In this document: positions 33,071 through 47,419 of the stretch, one piece after another
Numbering within the stretch: position 1 is the first letter of the stretch
Layout: every line of letters begins with the position of its first letter
Source: Eledone cirrhosa
Lineage: Eukaryota
Reading direction: 5' to 3'
Length of the DNA: 64,000 nucleotides
NCBI GenBank assembly: GCA_964016885.1
Contig: OZ024760.1
Span: forward strand, 744,001-808,000
The notes under the pieces: model-generated
Database searches by the model: none
What the model was told of the DNA's origin: nothing
Seen by the model: only the letters and a program-made list of their open reading frames with translations
Made by a program: the position numbers and the translations under genes

Positions 33071-33339
33071 CACACAATCATACACCCTTATTTGCATGCG
33101 CACATATGTATTTTTATACTCACATACAAACACCCAGACATACATACCTACCTACATATACATACATACATCCACGCTTACAAATACAAATAATAATAGT
33201 AGGGGGGGGGATTATAGTAAATATAGGTTTCAAGAAACATAGAATATTAATCTGCATTTAGATCATAATATGTGTTTACATAGTTTCAGTATTAGGAAAT
33301 GTAAGAAAGAAGGCAAAATTATGCATTTCAATATAAGTA

Positions 33340-34310
33340 TACCATTAATTATAGGTTAACTAAACTAAAGATAGTTAATATATTGATTTCTAAGGTGTAT
33401 ACTACTTAGGTTTATAATATTTGAAGCAGAATTTTGAAGTTAAAAAGTAGTAGAGTATTAATTATAGTATAACTAAATTAAAATTATTAACGTTATGGTA
33501 TCAATATTAGGAAATGAATTTAGTAATAGGGAAAAAACAAATAAAGTATTACATCGGTAGTAGAATATAAATTATAGGTTAACTAAATTAAAAATTATAT
33601 ATTAATTTCTATAGTATATGTTAATTAGGTTTATAATAATTAAAACAGATATTGTATTTTATCTATAGTAGAATATAATTATAGGTAAACAGAAATTAAA
33701 ATTAATACATACACACATACATATACATATATATATACATATATATATATATATACACATACATATATATACATACATACACATATTTTTTCAAAAATTG
33801 CAAAGAATATATTAACTAGGTATACATCCAAAACCTATCTCATTCTATGATTACATGACACTCTGCAATCCATCTGTATTAGGATACTAATTTTAAGCCA
33901 ATTAAATTAAATTTTTAGGTTGACCAAATTTAAAACCAAATTATAAATATATTTCTAAAATGTACATTAATTAGGTCTATAATACTAAAAATTATTTCTC
34001 TGTCATTGAATACACGATATTTTGTTATATTTTATCTGTAAAGGAACTTTAATAAAAGGTTAAATAAATTTAAATTAATCTATAAATTAATTTACTAAGT
34101 ATATATTAGTAATATTTAAAAGTTTTTCACAATTTATGATTACACAATATTTTATAATCTCATCTGTAGTAGAATTTTAATTAAATTAAATTTATAGGTT
34201 AACTAACATTTAAATTAAATTATATATTAATTTCTAAAATAATGTTATTAATTAGGTTTATAATATTTAAATGTTTTTCTTAGTTTATGATTACACGATA
34301 TAATTAATTC
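33340..34310. repeat. Degenerate tandem copies of the ORF terminus and adjacent 3' UTR
   Basis: TTAGGTTTATAAT at about 33406, 33625, 33971 (variant) and 34252. TATAGGTTAACTAA and TATGATTACAC also recur. Confidence 0.65.
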
Positions 34311-36286
34311 CTGTCGTTTATTTAATAGGATATCCTTAGATTTCATTATTTCAAATAGTTCTTGGGAACATAATCTACATTCATTTCTATTATTTTGATA
34401 AGGGGTGGCTCTTTTGAGCACACTCCAGGTCAAATCATATTCTATATTCTTATTTTTATAACTATTGATTTTTTCTGCTAGAGATGTTGTATTAGCCAGT
34501 GCGGCATTTTTAAAACTATGTTTGTGGGTATTAAACCTTGCCTTAAAATTGTTAGAAGTAGCTCCTATATATGAGCAAATAGAATCTTTAGTTTTAACAT
34601 TACATTTATAAACTATGTTGTTAACAAGACAATTTCCTTTTAATGGGCAGTTTGCTTTGTTTCTACAGTTACAACCTTTCGTTAATTCTGTATTTGAGGA
34701 GATATTATGGTTAGTTTGATGTATTGGTGGTATACTTATGGTTTTCTTACATTTATATGCATTATAGGCACTTATATTTTGTGTTATGTTATTTGTTGTT
34801 GAGTATGAGAATTTAACTGTAGACCTATTTAAGATTTGATGGTATTTGTGGTTTGGCGGGAAGTTTTTCTCTAGGATATAAAAAAATTTTTTAGCAATAT
34901 TATCCTTAATTTGTAAATTAAATGGAGCATTATACCAAGTAACCCGTCTATTACGGTTTCTATGTTGTTTATTATTTTTATAGGTTGTATCGTGATGTTT
35001 ACTAGGAGGATTAATGTTAATGATCTCACCACGCACATTTTTAGTTATATTTGTAGATTTAGGTGTTTTATCTTGTTTATTAGGAGTTTTATTATTAACA
35101 TTTATTAGAGTTGTATGATGAGTAGTTTTTTGAGAGTTACTATACTTTATATTAGAAGATTTGCTATTTTGGGGTATAGTGTGGGTGGCATTTAGGTGTG
35201 TACTTTTCATTTGGTGTTTGTTGGTAATATTAGGTTGTATGTTTTTAGTATTTTTAGTAGAAGGTATATATTCTAATCTATTTTTGTGGCCACTTCTATC
35301 TAGAGCTTCGTTATAGAAGGTCGCATTTTTATCAAATACATCTTGGTTAGAAGAAAGGTTAGAAATTCTAAGTGATATATTATATGCAAGGTTTTTAAGG
35401 ATAGATTTAGGGTGATTAGATTGTGAGTGTATGTAGTGTAAGTTTTGGTTGGGTTTATGGTAAGGTTGGTAGATACCCGTAGCTAAGTCTAAAGTTATAT
35501 CTAGGAAATTTACTACTTTACTTGTTTTTTCAAAAGTAATATGAAGACTATAATAGTCTTTAAGGAAAGTTCTAATATGCTTTTTGTTTTTTTCTATTTC
35601 TGAAAGGCTAAGATTGTTGGAAAGAAGAAGACAGTCATCACGATATAAACCACCTTTAAGGTGGGGAAAGGAGGCATTTATGTTGAAAAGGAGAAAGAGG
35701 CCCACAAGATCAGTAATTTGGGCGGAATCGCTTGAACCCATAGTAATATCAAATAGATTACTATATGTGTTTCTGGTCCAGTATTCATTCTGAAATTCAA
35801 TAAGTGTTAGTCTAGCATGTGTAATAATATTAATGTCATCCAAAGTTAAGTTAGATCTATTTTTAGCAAATATCAATGCTTTGTTCAGGAGTATAGGTGA
35901 TATAGAAGAATAGTAATTATCTATATCAAATTGTAGAAATGAAGCAGAAGATTTACATCTAATATTTTTAAACCAGTTAATTACCTGGGAAGTGTTTTCC
36001 CAGAGTGGTAAAATAACGTGTTTTCTTATTTGTGGGATGACTCTATCCAAAATTTTTTTGCTAATTATTCCAATATCAGATTTGGAGGGACATATAAGTC
36101 TTATAGAAGGATTTGAGTTAAAGTTTGATTTATGATCCTTCAGGTTGAAGTGTGGTCTTTTCAATGCCAAAGGTTCAGTTCTATCTTCAATGTTTAGTTT
36201 TTTTACTATGTTGTGTGTTTTGTTGTTGATGTTGGTGAGTGACGCATTATTAGATTTTTTATAATTTTTCCTGAGTTCTTTTTTTA

Positions 36287-36293
<7 letters not shown>
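34248..36293 (-). CDS. Penelope-like retroelement ORF (probable Naiad clade): reverse transcriptase plus GIY-YIG endonuclease, 5'-truncated
   Basis: About 680 open codons. Motifs: LKDHK..F...P.IRLI.PSKSDIG; RT motifs FLQFDIDNYYSSI, ITMGSSDSAQ and GLYRDD; thumb VNFLDITLDL..G.YQPYHKPN..YIH.QSNHP; Cys motif CNCR..NCPLKGNC; GIY-YIG-like IVY...YIG, KARF..H, CRLC..E, LLNKRQE..CNH. The frame stays open 41 codons upstream of the listed TTG start (KILKKELRKNYKK...) until it runs into (AT)n. Confidence 0.95.
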
Positions 36294-36355
<62 letters not shown>

Positions 36356-36520
36356 TCCCGAGTTGTGTCGGGGGAAACCATAGTTAAAAAGACATTGGCA
36401 TTTTAATTTACATAGAAATGACTTCTAGATGACTTGCAGTATTTCCTTCTTCGGGAATGTCTTGATTACTTCATACACATGAAACAGTGGTAGTCCTGTA
36501 GACGTCGTTTCTATTTAATA

Positions 36521-36653
<133 letters not shown>

Positions 36654-36758
36654 TTATATATATATATATATATATATATATACTTATATATATTACTCTT
36701 TTACTCTTTTACCTGTCTCAGCCATCCGGCTGAGGCCATGCTGGGGCACCGCCCTTGC

Positions 36759-36910
<152 letters not shown>

Positions 36911-36929
36911 GTAGATGTATATATATATG

Positions 36930-37042
<113 letters not shown>

Positions 37043-37087
37043 TTATATATATATATATATATATATATGTAGATGTATATATAATAT

Positions 37088-37243
37088 TGTTTATAGTTTT
37101 GGCACAAGGCCAGAAAATACCTCAGTGCATTACTGGTATTTTATTTTATCGAACCCGCTAGGATGAAAGACAAATCTAACCTCGGCGGGATTTGAACTCA
37201 GAATGTAAATGGTGCAAAGCATAGTGTCTGACGCTCTACCGAT
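37088..37243 (-). mobile_element. tRNA-derived SINE
   Basis: GGCACAAGGCCAG...CCTCGGCGGGATTTGAACTCAG. Confidence 0.85.
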
Positions 37244-37337
37244 ACATATATATGTATATATACATGTATATATAATGTATGTATCTACATATATAGTTAG
37301 ATAAATATATATATAGATATACATGATGATACTTACG

Positions 37338-37409
<72 letters not shown>

Positions 37410-37668
37410 TATGTATGTATATATATATATTACATATATACATATATACATCCATACATACATCCATTCATACATCCATTCATACATACATATAAGTTAC
37501 CGCCGAGATTTTTATATACTTGCCTCTGTTCTTAAACAAAGGCTAAAGAAAATATCTGGTCATAAAACTAACACAAACTGACAAAACTAGAAATGAACTA
37601 CAGAAACTAACACCACAACCAACAACAACAACAACAATAATAATAATAATAATAACAACAATAATAAC

Positions 37669-37728
<60 letters not shown>

Positions 37729-38205
37729 GGCAAATCTTGGAAGAGACGAGGCAGGGGTAGTGGAAGGGTATTATGGGTAAGAACTCGAGAAGAGAATCTA
37801 GTTTTCCAACAGTGAGGTCTTCTTAACATCTTCGTCTCCATATTATGAAATCTATAACTATAATTTCAATAAAACCTTTCTTGGTGCCATCAACATTTTT
37901 TTGGTCTTTCTTTCCTGCTTCTTTCTTTTGTTTCTTTTTTTTTCTTTCATTTCTTTCTTTCATCTCTTTCTATCTTTCTTTCTGTCTGTCTTTCTTTCTT
38001 TCTTTATTTATTTTTCATTATTTCTTTCTTTCTTTTCTTTCTTTTCTTTCCTTCTTTCTTTCTTTCTTTCTTTCTTTCCTTATTTTTTTTTTCTTTCTTT
38101 CTGTTACAATTCCCTCTTAATCCCTTGAGCTCTTATTCCATCTCTTTCTCTCATTTTCACTCTCTCCCTCTTTCCCCCACTCATGCACTTTTTCTTTATC
38201 TTTAC

Positions 38206-38249
<44 letters not shown>

Positions 38250-38250
<1 letters not shown>

Positions 38251-38321
38251 TTTATTGTATGTAAACTTCCCCCTTTGTATTTGTCCCCTTCTTTTGTGCC
38301 CCTGTGGCTAATAAAGAAATA

Positions 38322-38371
<50 letters not shown>

Positions 38372-38780
38372 CCTATCTATCTATCTATCTATCTAACTGG
38401 TTCTTTTTTTCAAATACCACTTTGGAAGAAGAGTCAGGATGGAGAGAGAGGTGCTGTACCCCAGCAAGTTTTATGAAAGGTGGGTGAAAGTGGCGAGAAT
38501 GGCCCGAGTGAATGGGCCTTCTCTCTATATCAGCCTGTAGGTTGAGGAAAAGGAGGAGGAGAGGAAAGGAGTACAAACTCTTCGTACTCCTGGAGATGAG
38601 GGTTGCACATTTTTTCGGGGGTACGTGTTACCCATATGAACTGTCTCCCCCTATTGGGGAAAATCGACTAATTTTTAAATTGCATTTGTGATAATATTTT
38701 ACACGTTTTTATTGTATGTAAACTTCCCCCTTTGTATTTGTCCCCTTCTTTTGTGCCCCTGTGGCTAATCAAGAAACATA
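38250..38780 (+). mobile_element. Possible Tx1/L1-like LINE 3' end in (CTAT)n, with duplicated 3' terminus
   Basis: FFKYHFGRRVRMEREVL...RWVKVARMARVNGP. A 60-bp terminus is repeated at 38250-38312 and 38706-38769. Homolog at 53750-54162 (-). Confidence 0.5.
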
Positions 38781-40225
38781 TCTATCTATCTATCCATTCA
38801 TTCATCAATCTAACCATCTCTCTCTCTCATTATATATACTCATCCATCTATCTCTCTATATATCTATCTTTCTATCTATTCATGCATGTATCCATCTCGC
38901 TGTTACAACTATCTATATATCTCCTTCTATCTATCCGCCCTCTCTCTCTCTCTCTACCTCCTCCTGTCTACACACACTTACAACCCCCCTCTCTCTCTTT
39001 CGCTCCTTTTCTCACTTTTAATTTCTTTTGTCGTTTTATGATTTGTTTTACGACAGGGAGAAGACAGTGGGGGGTGGGGAGAAGATATTAAAACAGAACA
39101 CAAAACATATTTAAAATATTCCACATATATATATATGCGTATGTGTGTGTGTGTATGTGTGTGTGTGTGTGTATATATATATATTCATATATATATATAT
39201 TCATATATATATTCATATATATATTCGTATCAATCTATTTATATATATTTACATATATATATATGTATATTCATATATATACATATATATAAATATATAT
39301 ATATATATGTATACATACTTAGATAATCACACACATACATACACCTATATATATATATGCATATGTGTATGTGTGTGTGTGTGTGTATGCACATAAATAA
39401 ACAAGGGATGAAAGGATAAAATGAAGGATGAAAGGAAGAAAGAAAGGAAGAAGGAAAGAGGTAAAGGAATCTAGAAATAAATAAGTCAGTAGTAATAAGA
39501 CAGTAAATAACGCCAAACGAAATCCCTTCGTCATGTAAATCCCCAACACGAGATGATATTTCTCGAAATCTCGTGTAATGTTCGCTGGCTAAGGTCGGCC
39601 ATTTTGAAACCTTACTGTTTGCTGTAAAACCTGCAATACAAAGTATCTTACTGGCATTATGTATGTGTATGTGTTTGTGTGTGTGTATGTATGTGTGTAT
39701 GTGTGTATGTGTGTGTGTGTGTGTATGTATGTATGTGTGTATGTATGTGTGTGTGTATGTATGTGTATGTATGTATGTGTATATGTATGTGTGTGTATAT
39801 GTGTATGTGTGTGTGTGTATGTGAGTGTATGTTTATGTGTGTGTGTATGTATGTATATATATATATGTGTGTGTATGAGTGAGTGTATTTGTGTGTGTAT
39901 GTAAGTATGTATGTATGTATATATGTATGTATATATGTATGTATGTATGTGTGTGTGTGAGTATCTATGTATGTAGGTATATATGTCTGTTTGTATGTAT
40001 GTACTTATGAATTTATTATGTATGTATATATTGTGTCTATGTATGAATATATGTGTGTGTATGTGTATATATATGCGTGTGTGTATGTATGTATATAAGT
40101 ATATATACATATATATGTATTTATGTGTGTATGTATTTTGTATTTGTGTATGTATATATGCATGTATTATGTATTTATGTATGTGTGTGTATGTATTTAT
40201 TTTTGTATGTGTGTGAATGTATGTA

Positions 40226-40257
<32 letters not shown>

Positions 40258-40260
40258 CAA

Positions 40261-40323
<63 letters not shown>

Positions 40324-40543
40324 ATACTCATATTTATATGTATTTAAATGGGCAGAAAAACCTTACTTTTTCATTCATTCCTAAAATCTTCTTCTTCTTC
40401 TTCTTCTCCCCCCCCCCCTCTCCCTCTTCCTCTCTCTCTCTCTCTCACTACGTCAGTATAATGTTTCCGCTTTATTAACTTTTACTACTTGCTATCTGTT
40501 ACTTCTCTTTGCTTTATAGCTCTCTATGAGTTTTATCGTTGTC

Positions 40544-40622
<79 letters not shown>

Positions 40623-40804
40623 ATATATATATATATATAATATTTAAACTCTGCTATGTATTGAGTTCCATACTTACTGTGGTTACCCCCGATAGAACCC
40701 AGGATTAACTTATATATATATATGTATATATATATAAGTAAATCCCGGGTTATATATATATATATATATATATATATAAGTATACATGTGTAAATGTGTA
40801 TATT

Positions 40805-40836
<32 letters not shown>

Positions 40837-40999
40837 CGAACCAGCTGTTGAAACAGCATAAGCTCAGCTGTTGGGGTCTCCTCTCTTTATAATATACTAC
40901 CCCAAGTATCGAGTACTCTGTTGCGTATTGGTCTAACCAGTTACAAGCCAAATCCACCCTGATATATTTATATATAAGGTGACACTAACAGATCGCTGC

Positions 41000-41190
41000 C
41001 TGAGGTAACGGGACTGTTCCCCGCGTACAAGACCGCAAAAGCATTCCTGCAGACAATGGCCAGCGACATCCCCTGCAACAGCCACCCCGCCTCGCGGGGC
41101 TGCTTCCTCAGATGCGCTCCCGACGTTCCGATCTTGCAGAGGAGCTCGACAGTACGGGGTCCGAGTACGCCTGAGGTTTCGAAGGCGTCA
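41000..41190 (-). mobile_element. CRE-clade RLE fragment
   Basis: ETSGVLGPRTVELLCKIG...EAGWLLQGMSLAIVCRNAFAVL. Confidence 0.7.
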
Positions 41191-41397
41191 GGTTTGACTG
41201 TTGACTGTCACGGGTGCCAGAGGTGTGTGTACACTACTCAGCTAAGGCATGTTCGCCGTCAGCCGTGGCTATTACTTTAGTTTTCCATGACATTTTTTTT
41301 CTTCAGCCATTTGTTTCTTGCCCAGCGATTGTCCAGCCAGCCATTGCTCAAATGTATGGTCAGTCAGTCTTAGTGTGTATTAACTACATTAATTGGT

Positions 41398-41705
41398 AAA
41401 TCCCGCCGAGGTTGACTTTGCCTTTCATCCTTACGGGGTCGATAAAATAAAGTACTAGTAATGCACTGGGTAATTGCTGGCCTTGTGTCTAAAGTAGAAA
41501 CAATTAATTGGTAGAGCGTCGGAGATCATGCTATGTGGTATATAAATTCGTCCCTTTACGTTCTGAGTTCAAAACCCACCGAGGTTAGTTTTGCCTTTCA
41601 TCCTTACAGGGTCGATAAAATAAAGTACCAGTAACGAACTGGGGCGATTTCATTGACTTTTCTCTCCTCCAAAATTGTTGGCCTTGTACCTAAATCAGAA
41701 ACAGT
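41398..41705 (+). mobile_element. Two tandem SINE copies
   Basis: SINE core repeated twice. Confidence 0.85.
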
Positions 41706-41746
41706 TATTACAGTAGTAATACAGCTTTTTATTGAAACCCCCAGAT

Positions 41747-42022
41747 TTCTTCTTCTTCTTCTTCTTCTTCTTCTTCTTCTTCTTCTTTGCCTTCTTCTTC
41801 TTCTTCTTCTTCTTCTTCTTCTTCTTTTTTCTTTTTCTTCTTTTTCTTTTTCTTTTTCTTTTTCTTTTTCTTCTTTTTCTTTTTCTTCTTTTTCTTTTTC
41901 TTCTTTTTCTTCTTTTTCTTCTTTTTCTTCTTTTTCTTCTTCTTCTTCTTCTTCTTCTTCTTCTTCTTCTTCTTCTTCTTCTTCTTCTTCTTCTTCTTCT
42001 TCTCCACCTCCTCCTCCTCCTC
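41747..42022. repeat. (CTT)n/(CTTTTT)n tract
   Basis: Direct reading. Confidence 0.95.
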
Positions 42023-42364
42023 TCTGTATGTATGTGTGAGGGTGGTGGGTCTACTTTATTAATGTTATTTATATATATTTTTGTTTTCTCTCATATAGTT
42101 TATTTTTGTTTTCCACCATAGCAAGCAAGGGTGTGTTTAATTTTGTGAGTGAAGCCGGGTTATTCCCTGTGGACAGCCATCAAAAACCTGGATTACACAC
42201 TCGCCGCCACATAACAACACACACACTCGCCACATAACAACCCACACACTCGCCGCCACATAACAACACACACACTCTCACACGCACACTCTCACACACA
42301 CACTCTCACACAACCGTATTGATTCTGTGAGTAAATAAATATGCTAACCAACGTAAGAATAATA

Positions 42365-42926
42365 AGTGTTCCTACTTTAGGCACAAGGCCAGCAATTTTG
42401 CGGGAGGGTAGAGTCGATTTAATTGACCCCAGTGCATTACTGGTACTTTATTTTATCGAACCCCGTAAGGATGAAAGGCAAAGTTAACCTCGGCGGGATT
42501 TGAACTCAGGTCGTAAAGGGCCGTAACTCTATGCTTGAAAGCATGGCGTCCGACGCTCTACCGATTCTGCCAATCCACCGCCCTAATAATTGTTTCTACT
42601 TTTGGCACAAGGCCAGCAATTATCCCAGTGCATTACTGGTACTTTATTTTATCGACCCCGTATGGATGAAAGGCAAAGTTAACCTCGGCGGGATTTGAAC
42701 TCAGGTCGTAAAGGGATGTAACTCTATGCTGCAAAGCATGGCGTCCGACGCTCTACCGATTCTGCCAATCCACCGCCCTAATAATAATAATAATAATAAT
42801 GGTTTCTATTTTAGGCACAAGGCCAGCAATTTCGGGGAAGTGAAATTTGATTAAATCGACCCAATTGCTTTACTAACACGTAATTTTATCGATCCTGTAA
42901 GGATGAAAGGCAAAGCTAACCTCGGT
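42365..42926 (-). mobile_element. Three tandem SINE copies
   Basis: 42368-42582, 42588-42778 and 42800-42926. Confidence 0.9.
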
Positions 42927-43329
42927 GTGTAGTAATAATATAGTTTATGTAAAGTATTGTAAAAACATATGGTTGATTGTTTGGGGGAAAAAAAGGTAGA
43001 ACTCGAGAGAGTGAAAACAAGATTATAAAGTAGAGAAACAATACAAACACAAAAGTTTAACCTTATATTTCATATTACGGGGCTAGAGACTCCTTTTCCA
43101 AAGCAAGGAAATGAAGTGTGATAATACGGGCAATTTCAGCACTTCATTTCCTTCTTATGACAAAATCGGATTAGAGACGAGAGGGGTGTAACCCCGAAAT
43201 ATAATGGAACATAAGATAAAAGAGTAAACTTGTTTTATTTCGTTTATCTTATTTTACTCTCGTTTTCACTTCTTTTTTATTATTGTTTCTACCTTTCATT
43301 GCACTGGCTTTCCCTAACCATTCCTAACC

Positions 43330-43369
<40 letters not shown>

Positions 43370-44371
43370 GCAACAACAATGCTCGTGAAATAATCCGTTA
43401 AGCCGTGTTATTTGGGTTGAAAGTCTTTCCAAATGGAAATTCTTTAAAATTTCTCCTGTTTCATTCTTCTTTAGAGGAGGAGAGGAAGAGGAATATTGTT
43501 GTTGTTGTTGTTGCTGTTGTTGTTGTTGTTGTCGTTGTTGCTGTTGTTGTTTCTAGAAGCTTCCTTCGTGTATTGTCAAGGCCACCTGCTGTCCAAATGT
43601 GGTGTCGAGTTGGGGTTTATGGTTAGAGACAAAATGGCGGTGAAAGACGCCATTTCTGAACCTGCCAAAAGATTATATTATATTTCTAATGGTTAGAGGG
43701 GGTAGGGGAAGATGGGGAGAGAGAGAATGGGGGTGGGTGGGAGATAAGGGGGATGAGGGAGAGTGAGAGAGGGGGAGGAGGAAAGGAGAGAAAGAGAGAT
43801 GGGGAGGAGAGGAGAGGAAGTAAATCCAAAAGAGAGAGAGAGAGAGAGAGACGGGGAGGAGAGGAAGGAAATCATTGAGGGTGAGATGGGGAGAGAGGAG
43901 AAGAAAGAAATTAGAGAGAGAGAGAGAGTGAGAGAGACAGATATGTGGAGAAATGGAGGAGGTGTAGAGGAAGAAACTCAAAGAAAAAGAGAGAAAGAAA
44001 GAGAGAGGGAGAGAGATTTGTGGAGAAAATAAGAAGAAAATGAGAGAGAGATTGTCGTTGTTGTTGTTGTTGTTGTTAATGTTGGAGAGAGAGGGAGGTA
44101 TAAAAATAAGATGAATCGTAGTACCAGACTTTGTAAGGACGAAAGGCAAAGTTGACTTGGAGTGGATTTAAAATCAGAACGTAAATGGCCGAAACTCTAT
44201 GCTGCGGATTGTAGTACTAGACTGGTAGTAACCGACTCTGTAATGATAAAAAGCAAAGTTGACTTGGACGGGATTTGAACTCAGGTGGCGTGAGCTGTGA
44301 GGAATATCGCGAAGCGCTCTCTACTATGTTTTAACTTCTTCTTATTCTTATTCTTCGTCTTCTTCTTCTTC

Positions 44372-44421
<50 letters not shown>

Positions 44422-44459
44422 GTTATTATTATTTAGGGGGTCGTGGGTACAGAGTCGTC

Positions 44460-45000
44460 AAACACTCGCTCAAGCGAATCCTGTCAGAAGCAATCGTCTC
44501 CAACTGATCCTGCTGGATACTCAAGCGTGACCAGCAAAGCTCATGGATGTTATCCAACCATCTTGCTCGGGGTCTACCCGTGGATCTCCTACCGGTTGGT
44601 TTTGCCCGTAAAATCTACCCAGCGCTTCTTTTCTGGGACGTTCTAACCACATGTCCATCGTATTGGAGCTGTGATCTCCCAATTCGGAGAAGTAGCGGCT
44701 CTACCTGGAGTGACTCTCTTATCTCCGAGCTACAAATCTGTCTAACTCTTCTTTCCTGAGACATTCTAACCCGTGGGTCTCCTGTCGGTTGGTTTTGCCA
44801 GTAAAATCTGTCCAGCGCTTCTTTTCTGGGACGTTCTAACCACATGCCCATAGTATTGGAGCTGTGATCTCTCAATTGAGAGAAGTAGCGGCTCTACCGC
44901 ACTTTATCGAGTAACGTTACTCCAAATACCCTTCAGAGGAACCCCATTTCGACCGCTTGTATTCGCGTTCGCATTCTTTCGGTCATTACCCAAGATTCAT
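44460..45000 (-). mobile_element. RTE (Rex3/Expander-like) LINE 3' fragment with internal duplication
   Basis: ESWVMTERMRTRIQAVEMGFL; SSEIRESLQVEPLLLRIGRSQLQYDGHV. About 44590-44706 is duplicated at about 44785-44898. Confidence 0.85.
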
Positions 45001-45254
45001 GTTTTAACGATTCTGCCAATACGTCGTTTTACTACCAATGGAAAGGCAAACTCCGAAATAAATACAAGTATTAGTTAAATATAGATGTAAGGGGATTTTT
45101 TAACGAGCGGCAGTTAATTTTCTACTAGGTGTAGTTTCATGTTTAATCATTTAATCATAGGTAAAATATATCCAGTGATTTGTCTCAAGTTTTTATATAT
45201 ATATATATATACATTTACACACATATACATATATATATATACATGTATATATAT

Positions 45255-45331
<77 letters not shown>

Positions 45332-45400
45332 GTATGTTTATATTTCCGTCTAATCACTGGATACATTTTACCTGTAATTAAACTTGAAACTGCAATATAT

Positions 45401-45469
<69 letters not shown>

Positions 45470-45488
45470 CATATATACATATATATAT

Positions 45489-45519
<31 letters not shown>

Positions 45520-45568
45520 TACATATATATATGTATATATATATACATATATATATACATATATATAT

Positions 45569-45619
<51 letters not shown>

Positions 45620-45695
45620 CATATATACATATATACACATACATATATATATATATATATATACACATATATATATATATATATATACACACACA

Positions 45696-45727
<32 letters not shown>

Positions 45728-46048
45728 CACACACACAGACATACACGGATACATACATACATATATACACACGATTTCTTTCAACAGAATTGTTTAGTGT
45801 TTGATTCCAGTGTTATTTCTAAGTGTTATTTCTGGCTTATGTTTTTATTACCCCAGAAATGAAGTAAATGCTGTCCCCACCCAACAGGTGTACTCTAAAC
45901 TATGCTGATAATAACGAAACTCTTTCCCTCCGTCTGGAGTTTTAATTATTATTAGTTTTTTTTTTTTTATGTTTTCATTTCTTTACTTTATATATATATA
46001 TATATTCTGTTTTCATTTGTTAATATTTAAAATTTTTACTTAACTTTA

Positions 46049-46155
<107 letters not shown>

Positions 46156-46411
46156 TTCGGGTCTAGCTGTCGAAACGGCCGGAGCTCAGCCGTCGGGGTC
46201 CTGACTCTTTTCCTATATATATATATAATATATTAACAAATGGAAACTATATTTATAAAACCCTATTTATTTCATTATACATATTTCAAGGACACCAAAG
46301 CATAGTTTCCATTTGTTAATATATCGTATTTTTACTCCAAAAATTTATTGAGTGCTTTATATCAGTTATAAAAATATTTGCTTGTTGTATCCCAACAAAT
46401 TAAATATAACT

Positions 46412-46502
<91 letters not shown>

Positions 46503-46609
46503 ATAATAATAAATTTCAAGACTAAAATCCAAAGAGGGCTCGATAAGGATAAATATATATCAAATATATAAGCAGCGATTCTTTGCTTAAACTTTAATCT
46601 GTTATTTTA

Positions 46610-46650
<41 letters not shown>

Positions 46651-46654
<4 letters not shown>

Positions 46655-46840
46655 TAAACGGAATAGAAAATGCTGACAAATTGTTCACAGTTGAAAAATG
46701 GTTTAATTAGGAATAAAAGAGTATTAGTGATTGTATGGGTTAGTATTCAGTTGTGGCTTTAAGTTTTTAAGTTTTTACCGGTTGCGCATTTCTAAATGCT
46801 TTTCAAAAATAATTTTGAGATAGAGTGTCCGTGCTGTTTG

Positions 46841-46848
<8 letters not shown>
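46651..46848. repeat. Single-arm copy of family I
   Basis: Matches 27204-27400. Confidence 0.9.
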
Positions 46849-46883
<35 letters not shown>

Positions 46884-46952
46884 ATACTTTGGGAGGGTCA
46901 TGTTGCCAATAATTTGCTAAACAAATTCAGAAACGAAATATATGTATATATA

Positions 46953-47048
<96 letters not shown>

Positions 47049-47419
47049 TTGTGTGTGTTTGTGTGTGTGTGTGTGTGTAGAAAATAAACAGAAATTACAA
47101 AGCAAACGACGCAGTACAATGAAAAAGTATATTAGTTTAACGCTTGAAATAATATATTTATTTATACATAAATATATATAAATATATATACGTAAAGGGT
47201 AAAGTCCTACTTCGGTGACGAATGACCATGGGATTTGCACCTAGAAAGTTTACATCCGGGGCACAAGTCTTGGATACTGTAGGCGGTGATCACTTACCAC
47301 AAGAACTGTCAGTCACACCGCCGAATCACGCTGCACCATCCTTCCAAGGGCATATTGAATTTTCACAAATTAACGTCACGAACGCCACAGGCAAGATGGT
47401 TCCAAGTGTGTATTGTCGG

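Larger units (their letters stand above)
30322..36293 (-). mobile_element. Probable full extent of the 5'-truncated Penelope-like insertion: ORF, long microsatellite-rich 3' region and hammerhead-bearing terminal segment
   Basis: A same-strand hammerhead lies at 30518-30672 downstream of the ORF, and both ends sit in (AT)n. Linkage across the 31.3-33.2 kb microsatellite block is inferred. Confidence 0.55.

Noticed and set aside
34248-36293. Selenocysteine recoding, reported for some Naiad elements
   Set aside because: No in-frame TGA in the retained ORF, the stop is TAA, and I recognised no SECIS.
36495-36515. Hammerhead 3'-half-like motifs (GAAACGACGTC on the minus strand here; GAAACGAGCGTC at about 20499)
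   Set aside because: No CTGANGA half is present. They may be truncated pLTRs but cannot be called ribozymes.
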